64,000 nt of DNA from an uncultured Lachnospiraceae bacterium (GTDB lineage: Bacteria > Bacillota > Clostridia > Lachnospirales > Lachnospiraceae): the NCBI GenBank assembly GCA_947169385.1, contig CAMVPR010000011.1, forward strand, positions 1,534-65,533, read 5' to 3'. The notes under the pieces were generated by a model. The model was given only the letters and a program-made list of their open reading frames with translations, did not search any database and was not told where the DNA came from. Shown in pieces: positions 51,326-59,780 of this stretch (positions are counted from its first letter, which is position 1; each line of letters opens with the position of its first letter). Both the position numbers and the translations under genes were made by a program.

Positions 51326-52051
51326 ATGGACAATAAGGAGCTTGAAATTATTCTTGACGCTGCTGTAGACAAGGATGTTAAGAATGATTTTCTGATGAGA
51401 GAAGAACAACATATTCTTAAATTGACTGCTAAAATATGCGGTAAGTCGTTGAGCTTTAGCGATGATGAATGGTCGGTAGGACTTAATGCGGTGTCGTATG
51501 CCATAGATACATTTGACCCTGACAAAGGCGAATTCTGGGGATATGCGGGTATAGTTATCAAGAGCAGACTGACTGACCATTACAGGAAGATAAAGGGCAG
51601 TGAGATACTTGTCGATGAGGATTCATTTGCCGGAGTATTAGATGAAGAGGTTAATGATTCAGGACTTAGAAGAGAGATTGCTTCTAAGACCATGGTGACG
51701 GACGAGAATCCTATAAGGGACGAGATTGAAGCACTGACTACGGAGCTTTCTGATTATAACATATCGTTTTTTGATTTGGCAGGTAACTCGCCCAAGGCGG
51801 GTAAGACCAAGGAGACATGTGTAGGTATCTTAAAAGCGATATTTACACCGCCGCCTCTTACGGACATTATTAAGAATACTAAATCAATACCTGTTAGGGA
51901 GCTTTCTAAGAGGTATAAGTTCTCAAAAAAACTGACTGACAGATATAGGAAATACCTGATTGTTTCTACACTAATCCTGTCCGGAGATTATCCGGAATTG
52001 TCTGAGTATTTATATGATGCCAAGATGGCGATTAAAGAGATTGAGTCGTAA
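51326..52051 (+). CDS. sigI: Alternative sigma factor SigI
   Basis: SDDEWSVGLNA..AID.FD..KG.F..YA..VIKSRL.D, I..L..EL..Y.ISF.DL and RKYL. Adjacent to an rsgI-like gene. Confidence 0.85.
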   Translation: MDNKELEIILDAAVDKDVKNDFLMREEQHILKLTAKICGKSLSFSDDEWSVGLNAVSYAIDTFDPDKGEFWGYAGIVIKSRLTDHYRKIKGSEILVDEDSFAGVLDEEVNDSGLRREIASKTMVTDENPIRDEIEALTTELSDYNISFFDLAGNSPKAGKTKETCVGILKAIFTPPPLTDIIKNTKSIPVRELSKRYKFSKKLTDRYRKYLIVSTLILSGDYPELSEYLYDAKMAIKEIES

Positions 52052-52066
52052 AGGAGGTGACAAAGG

Positions 52067-53260
52067 ATGAACGCTGTTGTTATGGAGTTGAAAGATGGTA
52101 AGGCTGCTGTCCTTACGGCTGAAGGCAATTTCGAGTGTATAAAGGACTTAGGTTATACGGTTGGGCAGAAGATTGATGTTGATGCGTCAGCATTTGCCAA
52201 AGCAGACGTAGTGAGCTTTGATGCGTATAAGGGCAGAAAGAAGAGAAGCGTTACACGGCGTATTGCCGCTGTGGCAGCGGTTTTTGTTGCAATAGTAACC
52301 GCCTCTTTGGTGACTTCCTATGCGGTTCCATGTACGGTTGTAACCATGGACATCAACCCGTCCATCTCTTTGTCACTTAATGTCTATGATAAGGTTATCT
52401 CTGTTGACGCGTATAATGATGATGGTGCTAATATTGCGTCAAGTATTAAGAGCAGGGCAAAGGGCAGAGGTCTTGATTATGCGGTTGGTATTGCTCTTGA
52501 TGCTTTAAGGGATGGCTCTTATATTGATGGCGAGGATACCGATATCGTGACCAGCGTTAATTCCCGTTTTAAGAAGCCTGACGGTGCCGAGAAGGTTATG
52601 GCGAGGGCTGTAGATGATTGGAATAAAAACGCGATGGATGATATGGATGTCAGTGTTGCTTTAGAGTGTATTGATGTTCCTTCGGATGTTGCCAAAGAAG
52701 CCAGGGAAAAGAAGGTTTCACCTGCCAAGCTTGCTATCGTAAGGGAAGTAAAAGCTAAGAAGCCGCCTAAGGAATTCGATGAAGACGTGTGGATGAAGAA
52801 GTCTGTTAAGGAGATTAATGAGGTTAGGCGACCTCAGCCTCCTTCCAATCAGACCAATACCGTTAAGAAGAGCAGCACCGATAAAACAAAGTATTATGAC
52901 GAGGATGATGACGATTTTGACGACGATAATGAGGATGACGATAACAAAACAATAGTCACCAATCCGAATAAAAATGCTAATCAAAACGCCAATAATCAGC
53001 CTAAGAATAATACCAACAACAAGACCAACAACAAGACCAAAAAGAAGGAGAACAATGCCAAAAAAAGTGACAGCAATGTTGCTCCGAAGAATAACAATAG
53101 TACCAATAAAAAGAAAAATGTCAAAGAACCGGAAGATGATGATTTTGATGATGTTCCGGATGAAGATGATTTTGACGAAGATGAACGTATGAAGCCGGCT
53201 CCCCACAATGAGGGGGAGCCAATTCCTGATGTAAGAAAGCCGAAACCCGAGGAGGTGTGA
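52067..53260 (+). CDS. rsgI: Anti-sigma factor RsgI with acidic and Asn/Lys-rich tail
   Basis: RsgI_N (VVMELKDGKAAVLTAEGNF), one TM segment, and conserved MDINPSI..N.YDKV..V.A.NDDG. Confidence 0.85.
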   Translation: MNAVVMELKDGKAAVLTAEGNFECIKDLGYTVGQKIDVDASAFAKADVVSFDAYKGRKKRSVTRRIAAVAAVFVAIVTASLVTSYAVPCTVVTMDINPSISLSLNVYDKVISVDAYNDDGANIASSIKSRAKGRGLDYAVGIALDALRDGSYIDGEDTDIVTSVNSRFKKPDGAEKVMARAVDDWNKNAMDDMDVSVALECIDVPSDVAKEAREKKVSPAKLAIVREVKAKKPPKEFDEDVWMKKSVKEINEVRRPQPPSNQTNTVKKSSTDKTKYYDEDDDDFDDDNEDDDNKTIVTNPNKNANQNANNQPKNNTNNKTNNKTKKKENNAKKSDSNVAPKNNNSTNKKKNVKEPEDDDFDDVPDEDDFDEDERMKPAPHNEGEPIPDVRKPKPEEV

Positions 53261-53346
53261 GCGTAGAGGCAAACATTGTTCGCCAAAAAATGTGGAGCAC
53301 AATGTGCTCCGCTACTTGATATATGGATAAATATTTAATATAATGG

Positions 53347-53378
53347 TGAGGTGCTTTTTTAAGCACCTCATTTTCTTT
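53347..53378 (+). terminator. Terminator after rsgI
   Basis: TGAGGTGCTT-TTTT-AAGCACCTCA followed by TTTTCTTT. Confidence 0.65.
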
Positions 53379-53398
53379 ATATTAAGGGAGGAATTAAG

Positions 53399-53854
53399 AT
53401 GTCTGATGTCAACGAGAGCGCAGTAACCAAAGATATATTGATGATGGCGAGAGTCAGCTCTAAGTTCGATCTTAAGGATCCTAAGTATGCCAAGGCAACT
53501 CTCAACTACATCAAGAGAGAGGACCCGTTTAAAACCAAAGAGATAGAGGATATGTTTGTCAAGCGTATGAAGTTATACGCTGATGACAATACTTCCGACA
53601 CAACTTGTCTAGTGTGCAGAAGGTTTCCTGCTGTCAACGGAGTGGTCTGCGAGTCGTGCCTCAACAAGGTTTATCCGGAGGGCGTTTCTGAGCAGATATT
53701 CAACATGGACTCCCCAATGACCGAGAACGAGAGCCTTGTTATAGCAGGTAATATGAGAGAATCAAGAAACAGATGGAGAAGATTTGCGATTATTGAATTG
53801 GGTATGATAATAGGTCTTGCTATCTTAGAAGTGCTTCAATTCATTTTGAAATAA
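53399..53854 (+). CDS. Hypothetical Zn-ribbon protein with C-terminal TM helix
   Basis: CLVC-x10-CESC, hydrophobic C-terminus, RBS GGGAGG. Confidence 0.65.
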   Translation: MSDVNESAVTKDILMMARVSSKFDLKDPKYAKATLNYIKREDPFKTKEIEDMFVKRMKLYADDNTSDTTCLVCRRFPAVNGVVCESCLNKVYPEGVSEQIFNMDSPMTENESLVIAGNMRESRNRWRRFAIIELGMIIGLAILEVLQFILK

Positions 53855-53887
53855 TATATATTATATACAAGTTAGGAGGACTGGTAA

Positions 53888-55321
53888 TTGGAAAACATTA
53901 TTGAACTAAAAAACATTAACAAGTCTTATGATGGAGTACGCGAAGTGTGCTCTAACATTAATCTTGAGATTAAGAAGGGTGAATTCGTTACCCTCCTTGG
54001 TCCGTCGGGCTGCGGTAAGAGTACAACTCTTCGCATGATAGCAGGGTTTGAGCAGCCAACTTCTGGAGAGATTCTATTAAACGGTGAGAGTATTCTTGAT
54101 CTTCCGCCTAATCTTAGGCCAATCAACACCGTTTTTCAACGATATGCATTATTCCCACATTTGAATATATATGACAATATTGCGTTCGGACTTAAGCTTA
54201 AGAAGCTTGATAAGAACACAATTAAAGAAAAAGTCGAGAGAGTTCTACGAATAGTTGACCTTGAAGGTATGGAGAAACGTCCTGTTTCTACGCTTTCGGG
54301 AGGCCAGCAGCAGCGTATCGCGATTGCGAGAGCTATTGTAAATGAGCCTAAGATACTGCTTCTTGACGAGCCTTTGGGCGCGCTTGATCTTAAGATGCGT
54401 CAGGAAATGCAGCTTGAGCTAAAAGATATGCACGAACGCCTCGGAATTACATTTATCTATGTTACGCATGATCAGGAAGAGGCTATTACAATGTCTGACA
54501 AGATTGTTGTTATGGCGGACGGTAAGATTCAGCAGATTGGTACTGCAGAGGATATATATAACGAGCCTAAGAATGTATTTGTTGCCGATTTTATCGGGGA
54601 CAGCAACATTTTCAATGGTGTTATGAGTGGCAAGATGAAGGTTAACTTCCTTGACGCTGATTTTGAGTGCCTTGACGATTATCCGATTCATTCTGACGCC
54701 GATGTTGTTGTTAGGCCGGAGGATGTTGTCGTGGTAAATGACGGCTCGGGTCAGATAACCGGTAAGGTTGATTCCTGCATTTTCAAAGGAATACATTACG
54801 AGACTACAGTTATTATGGGCAAGAATGAGATTGTGCTTAAGAGCACCAAGGAGTCTAAGGTTGGCGATATGGTCAATCTTTATATCGATCCGGACGGAAT
54901 TCACGTTATCCCTGCGCCTAAGAACATGAATCATTTTGAGGGTGTTATTACCAAGTATCATACTCTTAACTTCGCAGGCGGTGAGATTACTTATGATGTT
55001 ACGAAGCTCTTTAAGGGTTCCACTCATGATGGTAAGCACTTGTTTGGCGCTGACGGCGAGAGGATTCATTTGACAGATATGCCTATAACGGTTGAAATTC
55101 CGGTTGAGGCGCTTGATATGAGTGATGATTTAGATGAGAGCAGCATCAACGGTGAGATTATCTCTCTTATCTACGTTGGTGATCACTATAGATACAAGGT
55201 TCGTACGGAGAATGGTAGCGATTTCACAATTGTGGATGAGGATTTGTGGAATGAGTTCGATAAGGTCAGTGTGCTTATTGACTCGGACAAGATTAATGTA
55301 AGTGTAGGTGAGAAGAATTGA
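53888..55321 (+). CDS. potA: Spermidine/putrescine ABC transporter ATPase
   Basis: GPSGCGKST, LSGGQQQR, LLLDEP and TOBE-like C-terminus; operon context. Confidence 0.9.
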   Translation: MENIIELKNINKSYDGVREVCSNINLEIKKGEFVTLLGPSGCGKSTTLRMIAGFEQPTSGEILLNGESILDLPPNLRPINTVFQRYALFPHLNIYDNIAFGLKLKKLDKNTIKEKVERVLRIVDLEGMEKRPVSTLSGGQQQRIAIARAIVNEPKILLLDEPLGALDLKMRQEMQLELKDMHERLGITFIYVTHDQEEAITMSDKIVVMADGKIQQIGTAEDIYNEPKNVFVADFIGDSNIFNGVMSGKMKVNFLDADFECLDDYPIHSDADVVVRPEDVVVVNDGSGQITGKVDSCIFKGIHYETTVIMGKNEIVLKSTKESKVGDMVNLYIDPDGIHVIPAPKNMNHFEGVITKYHTLNFAGGEITYDVTKLFKGSTHDGKHLFGADGERIHLTDMPITVEIPVEALDMSDDLDESSINGEIISLIYVGDHYRYKVRTENGSDFTIVDEDLWNEFDKVSVLIDSDKINVSVGEKN

Positions 55322-56106
55322 TATTTAAAAGAAGACAACTGTCTATTCCATATGTAATATTTATGCTCGCCTTCATGGTTTTGCCGCTCCTTGTGATTAT
55401 CTATTATGCATTTACAAATGCAGAGGGCGAGGTAACAATTGACAATTTTAAAGCGTTCTTTACTAGCGGTAACACTATTGGAACGCTTATCTATAGTTTT
55501 GTTATCGCTTTTGCGGTGACGGCGGTGTGCTTGCTCATTGCGTATCCTGTATCTTACGCGCTCGCAGTTTCTAAAGCGAAATATAGAGCGGTGCTTTTGA
55601 TGCTTTTTATAATTCCGATGTGGGTTAACTTTACACTTAGGATTACTGCGGTTAAGGAGATTCTTACATTTGTTGAGGGAAGCTTGGCGTTCCATCCGTT
55701 TCTCAATACGGTTATCGGTATGTGTTATGATTTTCTTCCTTTTATGATTCTTCCGATTTATACTTCTCTTGAGAAGATTGATGTGAGCCTTGTTGAGGCT
55801 GCTTACGATCTTGGGGCAACGGGAAGGGAGACCTTCATAAAGGTGATTCTTCCGCTTTCGGTTCCCGGTATCATATCGGGTATGACGATGGTGTTTCTGC
55901 CATCGATGACTAACTATGTTGTTCTTGATATGCTCTACAATTCAACCTATATCATGGGTAGCCTTATCGGAAGCTATTTCTCAGCGTACGATTGGCATAA
56001 TGGCTCGATGATTTCTATGGTACTCTTTGCTATTATTGTTGTCATTTCCATGATTACAAGTAGATTTGGAGAGAGTGACAGTGACGAGAGGGGGGCGTTG
56101 TTATAA
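55318..56106 (+). CDS. potB: Spermidine/putrescine ABC permease
   Basis: EAAYDLGA EAA loop and PFMILPIY. Confidence 0.88.
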   Translation: MIFKRRQLSIPYVIFMLAFMVLPLLVIIYYAFTNAEGEVTIDNFKAFFTSGNTIGTLIYSFVIAFAVTAVCLLIAYPVSYALAVSKAKYRAVLLMLFIIPMWVNFTLRITAVKEILTFVEGSLAFHPFLNTVIGMCYDFLPFMILPIYTSLEKIDVSLVEAAYDLGATGRETFIKVILPLSVPGIISGMTMVFLPSMTNYVVLDMLYNSTYIMGSLIGSYFSAYDWHNGSMISMVLFAIIVVISMITSRFGESDSDERGALL

Positions 56107-56900
56107 TGAAGAAAATGATACCGCCGATAATATTAGGTCTCGGTCTAATATTGTTATATTGCCCTATTGTCATACTCATGGTGTACAGTTTTACAGACTC
56201 AACAACCATCGGTGCAATAAGAGGATTTTCTTTCCACAATTATGTTACGCTCTTTACGACTGATGAGCTCAAATCAATGATTATCGGAACTCTTATTTTA
56301 GCGCTTGGATCTTCGGTTCTGGCTACTGTTCTTGGAACATTGGGTGCTATCGGCTCTTTCTACAGCAACAGGAAGATGAGAGCGTTCATTAACAGCACCA
56401 ACCAGCTTCCGGTTGTCAATGCGGATGTTGTGACCGGTTTCAGCTTATGTATTCTGATGATTATTGTTATGGGGATTGATAAGAGTACCTACATTCCTCT
56501 GGTTGTAGGACATACGGTCTTGTCGGCACCATTTGTCTACTTATCCGTACTTCCTAAGTTAAAGAGTATGGATCCTAATTATTACGAGGCAGCTCTTGAT
56601 CTTGGTGCTACTCCGTTTCAGGCTCTTATGAAGGTTATTGTTCCTGCGATATCTTCGGGAATCGTGTCGGGATTCTTCCTTGCGGTGACTTTGTCTCTTG
56701 ATGATTATTTTATCGCGACTTACACCAAGCCGGCTACATTTGACACAATAAGTACCTATGTTGTCAATGCTACCAAGGGTGCGCAGACAGAGATTAAGAC
56801 GGCACTTTGGGCACTGTCTACCGTGATGTTTGTCGTTGTTGTTGCTGTTACCTTGTTGGCTAACAGACCTTCTAAGAAGGAGGTCAATGGCGATGTATAA
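56106..56900 (+). CDS. potC: Spermidine/putrescine ABC permease
   Basis: EAALDLGA and LSLDDY. Confidence 0.88.
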   Translation: MKKMIPPIILGLGLILLYCPIVILMVYSFTDSTTIGAIRGFSFHNYVTLFTTDELKSMIIGTLILALGSSVLATVLGTLGAIGSFYSNRKMRAFINSTNQLPVVNADVVTGFSLCILMIIVMGIDKSTYIPLVVGHTVLSAPFVYLSVLPKLKSMDPNYYEAALDLGATPFQALMKVIVPAISSGIVSGFFLAVTLSLDDYFIATYTKPATFDTISTYVVNATKGAQTEIKTALWALSTVMFVVVVAVTLLANRPSKKEVNGDV

Positions 56901-58302
56901 GAAAATGTTATTGATAATCAGTTTATGTTTGGTAAGCGTTTTTATTTGCTCTTGTGATAAGAAAGATGACGATGTGCTTACTCTTCGCATATGCAACTGG
57001 GAGGAGTATATTGACGAGGGCGACTGGGACGAGGAGGAGACCATCGACCTTCCGAGCGGAGATATCATCGGAGAGAACTCAATGATTGAGGACTTTGAGG
57101 AGTGGTATGAGGATACTTACGGCGAGAAGATTAAGGTTGAGTATTCGTGCTTCGGAACCAATGAGGAGCTCTATAATCAGCTGACTTTGGGGGATGAATT
57201 TGACCTTGTATGTCCTTCGGAGTACATGATTATGAAGCTGTTAAATGAAGATAAGCTTGTTAAATACGATGACAGCTTCTATGATGCTTCTGACGATAGT
57301 AACTACTATGCTAAGGGTGTTTCGCCTTACATCAGCAATTATGTTAAGGATATTAAGGTAGAAAATGTCTCTATAGCCGATTATATTGCGGGCTATATGT
57401 GGGGTGTTACCGGTAGTGTTTACAATCCTGAAGAGGTCAGTGAGGAAGATGCTTCAACCTGGAAGCTTATGATTAATCCTAAGTATAAGCGCAAGGTTAC
57501 CATGAAGGATAACGTCAGGGATGCTTATTTTGCGAGTCTTGGTATGCTTAAGTCCGATGAGCTTGTTAAGCTTTTTGATGATTATAAAAGCGGAAAGATA
57601 ACATTTGACGAATATCATAAGATTCTCAATCAGGAGATGAATGATGAGGATCCTAAGACTATTCAAGCAGTTGAGAATCTTCTTCAGGACAATAAGGACA
57701 TGTTTTATTCATTTGAAACAGATAACGGTAAGTCTGATATTGTGACCGGTAAGATTGTTACTAACTATCAGTGGTCCGGTGATGGTGTTTTTGCGCTTGA
57801 TCAGGCCGAGGAAGATGGGGTATATCTTAACTTTGCGGTTCCTAAGGAGTGTACTAACCTTTGGTTTGACGGTTGGGTTATGCTTAAGGACGGTATCGGG
57901 GGCGACGATAGGAGAAAGATTGCGGCTGAGAGGTTCGTTAATTTTATCTCGCGTCCTGACAACGTGGTTAGGAATATGTATTACATTGGATATACTTCTG
58001 CGATTGCGGGTGGTGATGACAGCACTATCTTCGACTATGCGGATTGGTGTTACGGCGCCGAAGATGACGAGGAGGATGTTGTCGATTATCCGCTTGATTA
58101 CTTCTTTAGCGGTGATTCTGAGGGTGATGAGTATGTGATTACGGCTCCTCGTGAGCAGCTTAAGAGGCAGCTTTTTGCGCAATATCCTACGGTTGATGTG
58201 CTTGAGAGGTCGTCGATTATGGAGTATTGTGGGGGGGAGACGACGAGTGAGCTTAATCAGATGTGGATTAATGTGCGTTGCTTTAATCCTTTCAGGAAAT
58301 GA
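56893..58302 (+). CDS. potD: Polyamine-binding lipoprotein
   Basis: Lipobox ICSC, NWEEYI, TNEELY, PSEYMI, YMWG, QWSGD and WFDGWV. Confidence 0.88.
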   Translation: MYKKMLLIISLCLVSVFICSCDKKDDDVLTLRICNWEEYIDEGDWDEEETIDLPSGDIIGENSMIEDFEEWYEDTYGEKIKVEYSCFGTNEELYNQLTLGDEFDLVCPSEYMIMKLLNEDKLVKYDDSFYDASDDSNYYAKGVSPYISNYVKDIKVENVSIADYIAGYMWGVTGSVYNPEEVSEEDASTWKLMINPKYKRKVTMKDNVRDAYFASLGMLKSDELVKLFDDYKSGKITFDEYHKILNQEMNDEDPKTIQAVENLLQDNKDMFYSFETDNGKSDIVTGKIVTNYQWSGDGVFALDQAEEDGVYLNFAVPKECTNLWFDGWVMLKDGIGGDDRRKIAAERFVNFISRPDNVVRNMYYIGYTSAIAGGDDSTIFDYADWCYGAEDDEEDVVDYPLDYFFSGDSEGDEYVITAPREQLKRQLFAQYPTVDVLERSSIMEYCGGETTSELNQMWINVRCFNPFRK

Positions 58303-58318
58303 AAGGTAGATTTAAAGT

Positions 58319-58455
58319 GAGCATAATGTATTATTTCTTAGGGACGCCTCTCGGCTCGGGTGTGCGCAGCTCGCGTTACTAAACTCACACGACTATCATC
58401 GTGTTCGTTAAGTAACGAGGCGCACATACGCCCTCAGAAATAACACAATATGCTC
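58319..58455. repeat. 137-nt imperfect rod-like hairpin
   Basis: Nested stems GAGCATA/TATGCTC, TTATTTCT/AGAAATAA, AGGG/CCCT, TGTGCGC/GCGCACA, CGTTACT/AGTAACG and ACACGA/TCGTGT. Confidence 0.75.
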
Positions 58456-58464
58456 TTTATAATC

Positions 58465-58612
58465 CTCAGGGTGGCTTAAGCTACCGGGATTTGGGTTTTT
58501 ATGCCGTTGTCATTCTGATTCCCCCCTTGTCATTCTGAGCGAAGCGAAGAATCTTTATCCCGAGTGAAACGAGGGATAACAGCAACTCAGGGTGGCTTAA
58601 GCCACCGGGATT
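58465..58612 (+). repeat. 27-bp direct repeat with palindromic core (two copies)
   Basis: CTCAGGGTGGCTTAAGC(T/C)ACCGGGATT at 58465-58491 and 58586-58612. Confidence 0.85.
58528..58580 (-). repeat. REP-like copy fused to a TTATCCC...GGGATAA hairpin
   Basis: TGTCATTCTGAGCGAAGCGAAGAATCT followed by TTATCCCGAGTGAAACGAGGGATAAC. Confidence 0.85.
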
Positions 58613-58634
58613 GGTTTAATATATAACGGAGGCT

Positions 58635-58661
58635 TGTCATTCTGAGCGAAGCGAAGAATCT
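58635..58661 (-). repeat. REP-like copy
   Basis: TGTCATTCTGAGCGAAGCGAAGAATCT, identical to 58528-58554. Confidence 0.88.
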
Positions 58662-58719
58662 TTGTTTATTGGCGTCGGTGGGTTGATATTAGTTTAGTTT
58701 ATGTTTTGGGAGTAGTGAG

Positions 58720-59598
58720 ATGCAAACTCTTAATATGTACTTGAGAAGTGAATATGGTAGGAAGTTATATAAGTTAGCTTTAGATGCTGATTTCACCTGC
58801 CCGAACAGGGACGGGAGTATTGGGTATGGTGGGTGCTCTTTTTGTTCTGCGAGCGGTTCGGGGGATTTTGCGGCAAATGATACCGATATTGCGCAAATGA
58901 TCGAGAACGCTAAAAGTCGCGTATCTTCCAAATTCAAGGAGACTTTAGGTGTCCCTAATTACATAGCGTATTTCCAGGCGTTTACCAATACTTATGCTCC
59001 GATTGACAAGCTTAGGGCAATCTATACTGAGGCGATTAATCATGAGGATGTTGCTATTCTATCTATCGCCACTCGTCCGGATTGTGTGTCTGATGAGATT
59101 ATAGGTCTTTTAAAAGAGTTGAATGATATCAAGCCTGTCTGGGTTGAGTTAGGACTGCAGACCATTCGTGATGATATAGCGGATTCATTTAACAGATGCT
59201 ACAAGACCGAGGTGTATGATGATACTGTAGCACGGCTTAAGGCGGCAGGTATAAAGGTGATTACGCATGTTATATTGGGGCTTCCGGGAGAAGAAGAAAA
59301 CGATATGCTTAACACCATTAAACATGTGATTTCAGTGGGTTCCTGGGGTATTAAACTCCAGGTTCTTCATGTCTTAAAAGGCACGAGATTAGCGGAAGAA
59401 TATGAAAGAAATCCTTTTCATATTTTAACATTTGACGAATATCTAAACATAATTTCTAAGGCAAATGATATCATCCCCGACGATATGGTTGTTCACAGAT
59501 TGACGGGAGATGGGCCTAAAAGCCTTCTGATAGAGCCTTTGTGGACTGCTGACAAGAAGCGGGTGCTCAATTCTATAAATCAGATAATTTGTAGGTAA
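58720..59598 (+). CDS. Radical SAM protein, TIGR01212/YhcC family
   Basis: CPNRDG....GGCSFC (CxxxxxxxxxxxCxxC), YFQAFTNTY, ATRPDC, WVELGLQT and VVHRLTGDG. Confidence 0.9.
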   Translation: MQTLNMYLRSEYGRKLYKLALDADFTCPNRDGSIGYGGCSFCSASGSGDFAANDTDIAQMIENAKSRVSSKFKETLGVPNYIAYFQAFTNTYAPIDKLRAIYTEAINHEDVAILSIATRPDCVSDEIIGLLKELNDIKPVWVELGLQTIRDDIADSFNRCYKTEVYDDTVARLKAAGIKVITHVILGLPGEEENDMLNTIKHVISVGSWGIKLQVLHVLKGTRLAEEYERNPFHILTFDEYLNIISKANDIIPDDMVVHRLTGDGPKSLLIEPLWTADKKRVLNSINQIICR

Positions 59599-59679
59599 AT
59601 TCCTTGTATTTCTAGTTAATTTTTACCTTGAATTATCTTGTGTATAAACATATAATTTACATGAATTATAATATTAGGT

Positions 59680-59735
59680 GTTATCCCTCATTTCATTCGG
59701 GATAAAGATTCTTCGCTTCGCTCAGAAGAATCTTT
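59680..59735 (+). repeat. Inverted copy of the composite REP unit, ending in an 11-bp hairpin
   Basis: 59680-59725 is the reverse complement of 58535-58580 at 44/46 positions. AAAGATTCTTC/GAAGAATCTTT forms the stem. Confidence 0.85.
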
Positions 59736-59780
59736 GACCTTCGATAGAAGGTAAATTAACTATTATTTGGAGGCGGCAGT

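Noticed and set aside
53844-53871. dif-like site (ATAATATATATTAT core)
   Set aside because: Only the AT-rich centre resembles Firmicute dif; the XerC/XerD arms match poorly.
54900-55321. C-terminal extension of PotA (477 aa)
   Set aside because: It looks like an extra TOBE-type repeat, a known variation.
58465-58661. Possible CRISPR array
   Set aside because: The repeats are of mixed types with irregular spacing, there are no unique constant-length spacers, and no cas genes are present.
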